A DNA stretch of 64,000 bases from Mobula hypostoma (Eukaryota), in contig NC_086102.1 in NCBI RefSeq assembly GCF_963921235.1, positions 44,640,001-44,704,000 on the forward strand, in the 5' to 3' direction. Below are positions 26,601 through 38,600 of this stretch, in pieces. The first letter of the stretch is position 1. Every line of letters starts with the position of its first letter. Under the pieces are notes generated by a model that was not told where the DNA came from, ran no database searches, and saw only the letters and a list, made by a program, of their open reading frames with translations. The translations under genes and the position numbers were made by a program.

Positions 26601-29600
26601 ATCCTTTCGATTACTGTGTTGCTTATTTCTTTAATAAACCTTTGTTAGTTCTAGTACTCCAGACTCCAACTGAGTGATCCATTTCTGCTGGTTTGGCAAC
26701 CCAGTTACGGGGTACGTAACAGGAGACATAAATAGAGAAGTTATACTAAACGCATATTGAAACTTAGATTACATTCGTGCTCTATATACAAGTCCAACTG
26801 GAAAATAAATCCCCAAAATTGACTAGCTGTGTCAAATGGCCTATTTCTGTGCTTTCGAATGCTAAAGGGAACATCTGTTTTTCAAATATATACAAGGATT
26901 TTGAATCTAAGAAACTAAAATTATTCTAAGAAAGATTTTGCTCATTCAAAGCATACCTTCATTAATTCCATGTTCAGCTAAAATTCAAAAGCTTATGAAA
27001 GATGAGATTGAATAAGAGAGAAAAACAATGGTGTTCGATGATCCTGATGCAATAGCGAGGACAATGAAAAGAAATGAAGAGGTGCATCTGCAAAGCTCTC
27101 AGCAGCTTTACAATTTGCCAAAGTACTTTATCACCAATTAAATACTTCTTTAGAACTTGATTGTATTTACAGAAAGAACTAAATTTCTTTTAACTCGGAT
27201 GTCAAAAGTAGATGAAGATAGATCCAAAGCAAACATTTGCAAATGCTGGAAATCCAAACTAAAATACAAAATGTTGGAAACATTAGGTAGTCAGACATCA
27301 TCTGTGGAAAGAGAAGCAGTTAACTTTTCCAAGTCAAAGATCCTTCATTATAACTGGGAAAGTGTGAAAGCAATTGAGATGGAACTCTGTTTTAGATGTG
27401 AGATTTCTCCACAGGCAGACCCAAAAAAGAGGGAGAATAATGAAGGAGGAAAAATATTGGATCTGTTGAAATAGCTGCACTTGTTACCTGAAGTGAGGAT
27501 GCGAAGGGTTGTTATTCCAGACTGACGACTTCCCTGACAAACCCATTCATTCTGGGGACTCAGGATCCATTCGTCCACTTTGCAGAAGTAAACGCCATTG
27601 TCACTGGCTGTGGGATACCATATGATCAGCTTGTAGTTATTGTTGGAAACTTTTGCACTTTGGAATTTTAACTTCTGAAGATTTGTCTGGAAGCTGCCAT
27701 GGTACTGAAGGATGTTATTGCGATCAGTTTGCAGGAGCTTCTCCAGTGGGGCCTTGAAATCATTCTCATTTTGGAAGTACCATGCAACTGAAAACTGTGA
27801 ATGGGCCTGTGTCTGATTGATAATATTGCATTCCAGTTCAAGAACAACATTGTCAGTGACCGACACAGTTTTGTTACCATCGGAAACCTGTAGATTTGCA
27901 TCTGCAAAACCAACAAAAGACAAAAAAATCAGTGAAGCTTGACTTGCAGTAGTAGAAACTACACTGCATGTTAGGGTTAAATTTAAAGAGAATATAAATA
28001 AGTTAAAACACAATTATCTTCAGGGTTCAACTACAAGAACAGCTTTGAAAATCCTTACATAGACAATAGAATAGTACAGCACAAGAACAGGCCATTCAGC
28101 CCACGATGTCTATGCTGAACATGATGCCAAATTAAACTAACCCCATCTGCCTATACATGATTCATACCATTCCATTCCCTGCACATTCCTATACCTGTCT
28201 AACTGCCTCTTAAACATTGCTATGGCATCTACTGACAACATTTCAATTGGTAACTCATCCAATTAGGAAAATGATTAACTTCGGCATAAAAGGGAAATTT
28301 TCTGAATACTAGGATTTATCTTAGAAAGCCAGTTTAAAAGAACACTACTATGATATCTCTAGCTTTAAGTTAGAAACCCAGTACAGTACTTTCCAGACCA
28401 GTCAAGCATTAACCATGAGAATCACTAAAGATAAAGGATCATTCCTCTTGAATTTATGCTTATATTTTTCTCTTCTGAGGTCAGGAGTACAATTTTCTCC
28501 TAGTTAGAGGGAAAGAAACCATGCATAGTCTTAAAATCAGAGGCATCAGTTTAAGTCAAGAGAAATTTACTAAAAACTTGCTTACCTGGTGTATGTACTT
28601 GAACATACGTTAATGCTGAAGCAGCCTCCCCCACTTGATACCAAACATAATTGGGGTCCAAAAGCCATTCTGTGACACTGCAATAGTAATTCCCTTCATC
28701 GGTTACATCAGCTTTCTCTATAGTTAATTTGTAAAGATCATTTGAAGGCTTCTCAATCTGGAACTTCATCCTCTTTTGATCATTTGTACGCAACTCACCA
28801 TAGTACTGAATGATATTACTGCGATTAATGTTCAGAAGAGCTTCCCCTTTTTCTCCCTGTGACTTACTGAAGAACCAGGTAACGGAGAACTGAGAATCAT
28901 TCTGTGTTTGAGCAAAAATTCTACAATCGATCTCAATGATGTCACTAATCCTCTTTTGTATCCTTGCAACTTGCTTCTCCAGTTGCAAGAGGCTTACTAC
29001 AAAAATAGAAAATATTATATCAATATAAATTTCTTTATATTTCTTTGCACCATTTTAGTTTATGGCAAATCACAATAAAATAAATTCATATTGTTCCAGT
29101 TGCATAACAGAGAAGAGCAATAATAAGTTTTCAACTTATCAGGGTATAAACCTAGGACAAAGACTAATCACAATTGGTAATAACAGAGGAGACAGGAAGC
29201 TAGTTATTCTGCTTCGCTGATGATTCAATGATAGGGACCATTCCAATCATTGCAGTTGAAATCATTAGATTATAAAGAAAGAACCAAATATGAAAACATT
29301 CTATTATTTTATCTTTTATTTGGAATAATAAAAGACCAAGAATTAGTAAGCGTCATTTACAAAAATTGAAAAAGGATGGAGGTCTTGTTTTGCCTAATTT
29401 TAGAATGTATTATTGGGCTGTTAATCTGCGATATATGTCTTTTTGGTTATACTGGGTTGATAAGACTGATCGGCCAATTTGGGTAGATCTGGAACTAAAA
29501 GTTGTAAAACTGTTTTATTTAACTTCGTTATTGGGGGCTCCTTTACCTATGCAATTAGGTAAAGTTGTTAATTTAAACTTATATCCTGTGATTAAGCACT

Positions 29601-32600
29601 CTTTACAAATTTGGCTCCAGTTCCGCAATTCTTTTAATCTTACAAAACTTAAACTTTGTAGTTTAATTTACTGAAATTACTTTTTTAAGCCTTCTTTGAG
29701 TGATCCAATTTTTCTACTTTGGAAAAATAAAGGTATTAATTCTTTTTTGGATTTGTTTAGACAAGATAGATTGGTGTCCTTTGAACAATTAACTGATAAA
29801 TAGTCTCTTTCATATTCACACTTTTTGCAATACCTTCAAGTTAGACATTTTTTGCAAAAATATTTAAGTAATTTCCCTTACATATTGGAGGCTGACCTGT
29901 TAGATACTATTATGAGTATGAATCCTTTGATTAAGGGTTCTATTGGAAGAATTTATAATTTATTATTACAATGGGATAAGTGTCCTTTGTCTAAGATTAA
30001 ACAGGATTGGAAAAGGAACTTAATTTGACTTTCATGATGGAGGATTGGATGTGGATATTGAAGTTGGTTAACTCTTCTTCAATTTGTGCTAGCCATTCAT
30101 TGATTCAATTTAAGATTGTACATTGTTATCATTTGACAAAGGAGAGACTTTCTAAAATTTTTCCTAATGTTGATAGTCATTGTGGTAGATGTAAAACTGA
30201 GATAGCTACACTGACACATATGTTTTGGTCTTGTTCTATATTGGAACAGTTCTGGAAATCGGTTTTCTCAACAATTTCTAAAGCACTTAAAATTAATTTA
30301 CAACCTAATAAATTAACTGTGCTTTTTGGAATAGATCCTCAAAATATTCATGGTATTTCTGTGTCTGACCAACATGTTATTGCATTTGTTACATTGATAG
30401 CTAGGAGGGCCATTTTGTTGAAGTGGAAGGATACATCAGCTCCCATTTTGTCACAATGGTTCTCTCAAGTGATGCTATGTCTTAGTTTGGAGAAAATTAG
30501 AAGTCGAACCTTTGAACCTTTATTTGATTTTGAGAAAAGATGGGGCTCATTTGCTCGTTATTATCATTTGAGTTAATTGATATAATTTTTCCATGATCTA
30601 ATTGTAAACTCTTTTAGTATATTTTCTTTTCTTGCTGGCGGTTTGATGTTTATTTTTAGAAGCTTTTTGTATGACGCATGGCTCCGGGGTTGTACACCTA
30701 ATGGGTTCTCTTTTTTTCACTTTCCTGCTTAGTAGGTTTTTTTTGTTATCACAAAATTTTGTTTTCAATCTTTAAGATGATGGTTTTTTTTGAGGCATTG
30801 TAAGTGTTGTTACTTCGATGTACTCATGTTATTTTTCCTATATATATATACAATAAAAAGATTTGAAAAGAAAGAAAAAATCTGGCAAACTGGACCTTAA
30901 TGCAGATCACAGAGAGTCTTGCCATCTATTGCACAGATCTAGAATTATCAATCATGCTCATATCGTGCAACTCTGCCATGGATGGTCCCAAGCCCGACTG
31001 CCAAAGGAGGAGGGTTGGACATGGGAAGAGCAACCCCATCCCATAAAAACCCAGAGAAAACCCACATAAACACCAACAGAAGCTCTAAAGACCTCACCCC
31101 TGGAAATGGAAGGATCTTTGAAGATGGGCTACCACTGGGCACAACTTGAAATTCTGGCCCAGAATAGAGCACTCTGGCGAGCAGCTGTCAGCAATCAGTG
31201 CACCAGCAGGGGTGATGGCGGCTCACAATGTGCAGTATCATTATACAGTATAATCTTCAAATTCTATTTCTGTTACTTGCAATAAATAGTAAGCTAGACT
31301 ATGAACAATGTAAAGACTGAAAACAACCATTACCTTACCTGGGGGTCTAACTATCACTTGCAGGATGTTTGACGTTGCACTAGCTTTCATGACCCATTGA
31401 TCTGCATGAGGCCTTTGCCATAATTCTGCATTACATAAAAACTTCCCAGCTTCCAGCTCGCTGGCCCTAGAGACACGCAGCCGGACAGAATTGGATGCTG
31501 TTTTTGTTACTATCATTTTCCCTTTGAAATTCACTCCCTCCTCTCCCCACGTAATCGCAGTGTCACGGTTGAAAGTAACGAGGTGGAAGCTGTCATTCGA
31601 ATTAGTAGGTTGGAATTTCCAGGATATGGTTGTTGGCAGATGACTGAGGCTTAAAGGCCGAATTATACACTGGAGTTCAAATGTACCATAATATATTGCA
31701 GTTGGTGTGCGGGTCACAGCAGTAACTTTAAAGATGCTACCTGTAAACATTAAAAAAGATAAATTATTGGAGATGTTGAAAACACTTAGTGGATCCTAAA
31801 CTGAACTGGTCCAAAGTAAAGCAGGTGCTTCCAAAGTGGACAATAACTGTTTAAGATACCGTTACATTGGTTTCCTTGGTTCAGAACTTACTGAAGCAGC
31901 AAGCCACCGTACCTGACCAGTGAAGAGAGGTCCCACTACCTTGTGCAGATTTTGAAAAGTCAATCTGCCAAGAAAACATGACGATGACCCTGGTGCTCAG
32001 ACAATGCTGGTAACTCAACAAATGCCATGACTACACGAGGAATTCTGCAGATGCTGGAAATTCAAGCGACACACATCAAAGTTGCTGGTGAACGCAGCAG
32101 GCCAGGCAGCATCTATAGGAAGAGGTACAGTCGACGTTTCGGGCCGAGACCCTTATGCCGTGACTGAAGCTTTGAGAAAAAGCCCTTCCAACAAAAACAC
32201 TGAAGCGATTTTGACTGCAGCAACAAACAATCCACCTAGCGTATTCAGTGGGTGGAGCACCAGTGGGGGGAGGGGGTTTGCGTGGAACGCATTGTTGATG
32301 TTTCACATTGAAACCCTGGATCAGGACTAAAAGCAAAGGGAGAAGATAGCTAGTAGAAGGAGGAGAGGGGGAGGGATGAGAAGTTTTGACGGCCTGGTTG
32401 TTGACCTAAACTTGTGGCTTAACCAACCATTAAAGCAGCAAAAAAATTGCATTCCAAATAAAACAGTAATCAAGAGTTTATTTTTAAAGCTATTAAAATA
32501 TGATTTACTGAAAACATAAAAGCATTTAAAAAGATTTAAAATACCTCAAACAATTTAAGAAAATAATACCCTTTTCTTCATCCCCCCTGTTGTTCTCATT

Positions 32601-35600
32601 GAAATCAGAGGGATCTCCGTGTCAGGTCCAACCTGGTGTAGATGTACAGGTTGGATTCTGCAGAACAAGTGCTGAGATTTGCCAATCTACTCACTCCTTG
32701 TGTCGACATACAATCAGTGACAACAGTTTGCAGTGTTTGCACTAATTTTCTTCAAAATTTTACACTTCCTGGTACTTGCCACACAAGATCAAACCCATTG
32801 TAAATTAGATGTTTGAAATAGGTTTCTGATTTTGATGTTATTTTTCCTGCTAGTGGTTTAATTTAACATCTTTTCTAAATAAATCAATAATTTCTGTGAC
32901 ACAGGACAAGATACATCACAAAGTGAATTTCCCATTTTAACCATAGCTGAATGAACGCATGGGGATGCAGAAACTTTAATCAATGAATTCTGCAATTTCA
33001 CCCCAACAAACTTTCACTTCCTTAACTGAGTAATTACCTGTTAAAATTCACATAAAGCCTAATAAAGATTTTTTCCGTGTTAAAAAATGTATCATTCATT
33101 TTCTACCAACAATCAATTATTTAACCTGATTTCCCAAAGCTAGTGAAATTCTTATTTTTCAGTGTAGCACCGTCTGCCTCAGCCACATACAAGTTTTACC
33201 CAATTAAAAAAAGCATTCTAGGCCCAGCTGAAAGCCCAGCAATTCATTTTGTTGTAATCAACTATCATAGATATGAGATACGGAATTGCTTACCAAGAGA
33301 TTTAATAGCCACTGCCTTATCACTGCTTTCGTACTCTCCAATTAAACGCCAGTTTTGGTTGGACTTTACTTCCCACTCCGTAACTTTGCAAGAATACAGT
33401 CCTTCATCTGAAGTGCGTGCATTATAAATTCCCAAAGTGAAAACATCCGATCCCACTCTTGCCATCCTGACGTCACCATGAACGAGGTGCTCACGATAGG
33501 GTTCAGCAGCAACTTGAACACCATTCCTGTTCATTTCGATTATGTCACTCTTTATGTTCTGTTTGTTTTTGAACTGCCAAACAATAGAGAACTGGCCACG
33601 GCCTGCTGCTTCTGAATGAATATTGCAGGCAAACTGAAGAAAGCCACCCTCCAAAATTTCAGTGGTATTACTGGTGATCGCCACATTAAGATTGGCTTCT
33701 GTGAAAGAACAGAGGATGATGCTAATGTTTGCTGTACTTCAGACAATGAATACTCCATAGAGTAAAACAAATTCCAAGATTTTATTGAAAATGTTAGATA
33801 ACATAAAGATCAAAATATTACTTACTTTATCACTGATATATCATCAACATCCAATTTATAATACAATATATACATTTCTGTCTCTTTTACTGTTACTCAG
33901 GTATTGAATAACAGTTCAATAAATAGGTGAAGGAGGATTAAGAACAACAGTAAAGAAGGCATCAGGTATCTCTCCCATTGATGAATTATCACACCATCTC
34001 CATGAACTGTTTGTTCTTCTGCCATCAGGCAAACATTCCTGGAGCATCAAAACTAAAACCACAAGGCTTCCTCCCACAGGCAGTCAGACTGCTAAATAGC
34101 TGCTCCACCTGACTCTGCTTTGGACACTTTTAACTTGCACTGGACACTTATAACTTGATTTTAACTGACATGTGGCTGTTCTGTTTTACTATTTATTGTT
34201 ATGTTTATTATTTAGTGTTGCATTTGTTATGTTATGATTGCACTGCTCCTGGGAAACGCTGTCTCATTCTGCCCTGCAGAGCTGATGTACGGTCAGAATG
34301 ACAATAAAGTTTTTTTGAATTGAATAAACATTTTACCGTCTACCAAAGAACGCAAGATGTTGTTATACTGTATATTTCAACTTTGTAGAAATTCTAAAGA
34401 TTGCCAAAAGTGTAACTTTATTTCCACAGTCTGCATTAAAGCCAGGTAGCACTGAATAGATGTTGGTCTCTCCCTGTTGGACCCCTGTACATCTGCGTAA
34501 TAATTGTCACAACCCCTGTTGTGACATGCCGCTGGTTTATTAAAGGAGAGCAGCAGCAATTTATCTTTAGTGGTTTGTACTTCTCAAAGTGAGAGAAAGT
34601 AAAAAATCATTTTATACATGTCCACCAACCTTTCATGGTCCCAGAAAACAATCAAGAAAGCCCATCAACTGCCTCTGCTTTCTGAAGAGGCTGAAGAGAG
34701 CTCAACGGTGCACATCGATACTCATGGCCTTCTACAGATGCACAGCAGAGAGCATCCTAGCATGTTGCATCATAATACGGCATGGAAACCGTACTGCAGC
34801 CGACAGGAGGGCCCTACATCAAGTAATTAAAACTGCCCAATGCACCAGCGTCACCAGCCTACCCACCATCAAGGACATATATACAGAAGGATGCCAGGAA
34901 CATCATGAAGGATGCAAACAACAGGAATTCTGCAGATGCTGGAAATTCAAGCAACATACATCAAAGTTGCCGGTGAACGCAGCAGGCCAGGCAGCATCTC
35001 TAGGAAGCGGTACAGTCGACGTTTCAGGCCGAGACCCTTCGTCAGGACTAACAGCTAACAACTAACATTTAGTCCTGATGAAGGGTCTCGGCCTGAAACG
35101 TTGACTGTACCTCTTCCTAGAGACGCTGCCTGGCCTGCTGCGTTCACCAGCAACTTTGATGTGTGTTACATCATGAAGGATTCCATGCACCCTGCTTATG
35201 GACTGTTCGCACGACTCCCATCAGGGAGATGGCTGTGTAGCATCCACGCATCAGACAGAAAAACAATTACTTTCCCATGCAGCAAGGCTGATCAATACCT
35301 CCACTCACTAACCCACCCCTCCACACTCCCACCACCACTATTTCATCATTTCCTGTCAGAGTCCCCTTATGTGCAAACACTGTTGTTCCCATGTCACTTT
35401 ATGGACATACAATTAATCTATATATAAGCTATTAATGTACATTAATTATGTTTTTGTTACTGTTTTCTTTCTCTTACTGTGTTTTTTGTGCTGCATCAAA
35501 TCACTTCATTCTCCTTTACACTTGTGTCATGGCACATACATTAAGTAATCTTGAAATGCTATCAAATACTCCCAACTGAGTTTTGAGTGAATTAAGTCCA

Positions 35601-38600
35601 ATTTTAAGGCTTTTTCAGTAGACCCTTAACTCTAACCTTATCAAATCATCAGCTGTGAGAACCCAAGGACATCGAGCAATTTTTCATTTTGCCTCATTGG
35701 GCAAGATGGATGCATAATCCATTGCTTCTATATGGTCATTGACTGGAGATCTTATTAGGATCAAAATGTGTTTTTTCTTATACTGTATCCTAATCACTAC
35801 AAAAATAAGAAAAACGATGTTAATTTCCATGCTTCATACCTGGCCGTTGAACAGTAATTTCAATCTCTTTGGACTTCTTGGAAGAGAACGCTCCTGACAC
35901 GGCTGCCTCACTCTCCTCCACGAGGCAGTGATATTTCCCACTGTCATCCACTTGAACCTGATAAAGTTTCAGAACGTATTCCCCTTCAGTTTTCTTTCTG
36001 ACAGCCACCATTCCAGAATTTTCTCTCGTTCCATATTCTCCATGAAAAGACAGAACTGCATTTGGTCCAATACGAACCATCTCATTATTGTTCAAGAACC
36101 AGGTCACTGAGAAGAAACGCTGCGCAGTATTCTGAGCTTCAACTGTACAGGCTATCTCCAGTGAGCCTCCTACATTAATATTGACATTGGCTGCTTTAAT
36201 TAGAACAAGAAACTCTTTACCTGCAAGGAAATTAAATGAATGCGGGTTAGTATATTGAATGTGGCCAAAAGCAAAGTGAGTAAATTTGCCATAACTTTAG
36301 TTTGATGGAAGACCAACATTTCACTGCCAAATTTGAGTATGGTGAAGATGGGACCAAATGTAACCAACATAAGCATTCAGAGTCATGGTTTATGGTGTTC
36401 CATGGACCAGAAAGAACGGGACTATTTGTAGCCCATGATGTGCAAAAGGGTCAGAAACAGGCTCTTTGGCCCATCATGTCCATGCCAGCTATCAAACACT
36501 GACAATAATAATCCCATTTACCAGCACTCCTTGAAGCATTCTGGATTAGTTTTAGAAGAAGGAATGATGGAGACTATTAAGGTATATAAAACTTTACTGG
36601 GGTCCACAGGGACTCTTCTTAGCTCATACAGGTGCCTCTTCATAAATAAGTTCTGTTGCATTTCAGTCACTTCTAGTCCACAGATAAATTCAAATTAATC
36701 CAATACTCATCGTTGTTTGACTAGAAATAGTGAGGTATTATAAGCAGCACATTTTAATCATAGAGGGGAGAACAGAACTTGGGAGACAGATTTAGGGATC
36801 AAAAAGGCAAAGAAGGAATGGATGCAAATTTTAAACATTGCAATCTTCTGTCATCTCTCCCATCAAAATTTAAAGACCATCAGCAGCTCAATATTGGTAG
36901 CTATCCAATCTGAGTTAATAAGTGCGTATATAAAGCTTACTTTTGAAAGGTGTAGCCTGGAGCTTAAATGTTATAGCACTTTAAAAATTCAGTGTACTCC
37001 TTCTGGTTAAACCAGAAAGTACCATTGAAGATGAAACTGATCACAGCAGCAGCTGAAGTCTGCTGAGGTTTAATAGCAGTGAATCACACTCCATTAATAT
37101 AATACTTGTGTTTCATCAAAGGTCAGAGTCTCTAACTTCAACAGATAATCTACATCCAAGACCACTTCCTCTATAATTAACCTGTCTGATGCATTGTTGT
37201 TCCTTATGATCTTCAGCCACTCCCATTATTAGTCAGAGTCACTGCAAGCTGGTCGCTGGTTGCTACCCAAAGGAGCAATTCAGCCACAAGCAGGGAACAA
37301 TAGGAAATGTTTAGAATGTAGTTTAATAAATATAAAAATATAGTTAATGATGTCAACAAGGTCTTTAACGTAACTGCTCATGGCTGCTTATACTGGTCTC
37401 CAGAATGACGTCCAATAGAACTAACATATATACATTCTTGTTTATGACCTGCTTTGTTGTAATTTAGCAAAAAATCAAAGCAGAAAGCTTTGACTGAACT
37501 GATAAATGTTGCTGCCTGTCCAGGTGACCAATTCATGTTTTCAAATAACACAAATTTCTGATTCATGTTATTTGAAAAAGAAAATTTTTTTGGAAAAAGC
37601 TGATGGCGATTTGGTGTAAGAACTGCAGGACAGGTATCAGTATAAATAATCAGGTACTAATGAGGTTAGTAAAACCATGCACCAAGACTCTCTTCTGTAA
37701 ATCCTCAAAGATGTCCAAGGATTAGTGAAGCATCATATCATACTGAATATGATACAAGGGTCTGATCTGAAAAACAGAGACTCTATGAGTGTGTTTCTTG
37801 AGTTGCTAACCACTTCATGATGGACTACCATTGTGAATCAGTATGTAAGGCTGCACATAATTGATCCCTGATGCCTTTAGCTCTGTTCAAATATCATAGT
37901 CGAACAGCCAGAGGGTTGCCCTTTTATTTCCAGAATCCAGCTTTTGTGGGTAGGTAGGAAACAACAAAGTAAGGTCAGTTTCCTCTTGGGTAGCTACAAA
38001 TTCAATAGGAATTGATTCTGAGATGAACATACTCTCTGAAAAAGAACTAAAAGGGAGAAACATCTAGTGGAGGGTCTTGGAAGAAATAAAACAAATAAGA
38101 AGGAATGAGAGAAATTAGGAGATAGTAGTTGGAGGGAGGTGGGTTCAGAGGTGATGGTATATGGGGTAGATCCATATTCTTGGTGCAGGAAGGTTAGGAA
38201 GCTCAAAAAGGGCTTATAAATGTTGCACCAACCCCCAGATGCAATTTAAGCTGGTGTAGCTTGAAGATACTCTGGGTTTTATATTCCGCAGCCAAACCTG
38301 ACTTCTTGCCCTGTAAGTGAGTGCGGCCCCCATTAGAGGGATCAGTAGTGCCGGTATCTCACCAGAATCTACTAATAACCCTATTCCGAGATTTATAAGA
38401 AATATAATTGCTTTCCTTATATGGCCTGAGCTTGAACTTCTCACAGATTTTCATCCTGGTGTCAAAATTTTCTTCCAGTGATGAATTTTGAGTTAATAAC
38501 TGAAAATGAACCGAGACTTGGTAGTCATAAAGTCTTTCACAGTATGATTTTACCATGCTGAGATCATATTGGAACATCATCATGTGCTGCAAGGAGTTTA

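Larger units (their letters stand above)
34914..35167. mobile_element. 254-bp fold-back non-autonomous PLE derivative with 14-bp TSD and two opposing hammerhead motifs
   Basis: 99-bp arms at 34953-35051 and 35069-35167 with a 17-nt spacer; TSD acatcatgaaggat at 34900-34913 and 35168-35181. Confidence 0.88.
34575..35520 (+). mobile_element. Rex1/Babar 3' fragment interrupted by a PLE fold-back insertion
   Basis: CFLKRLKRA...FYRCTAESIL and LFARLPSGRWL; split at the duplicated acatcatgaaggat. Confidence 0.85.

Noticed and set aside
19833-27487. An eighth Ig exon (IGSF3 architecture) in the 7.6-kb last intron
   Set aside because: No V-set-like open frame with phase-1 splice sites was found; the intron is filled by Rex, CR1, PLE and LTR remnants. 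A highly divergent exon cannot be fully excluded.
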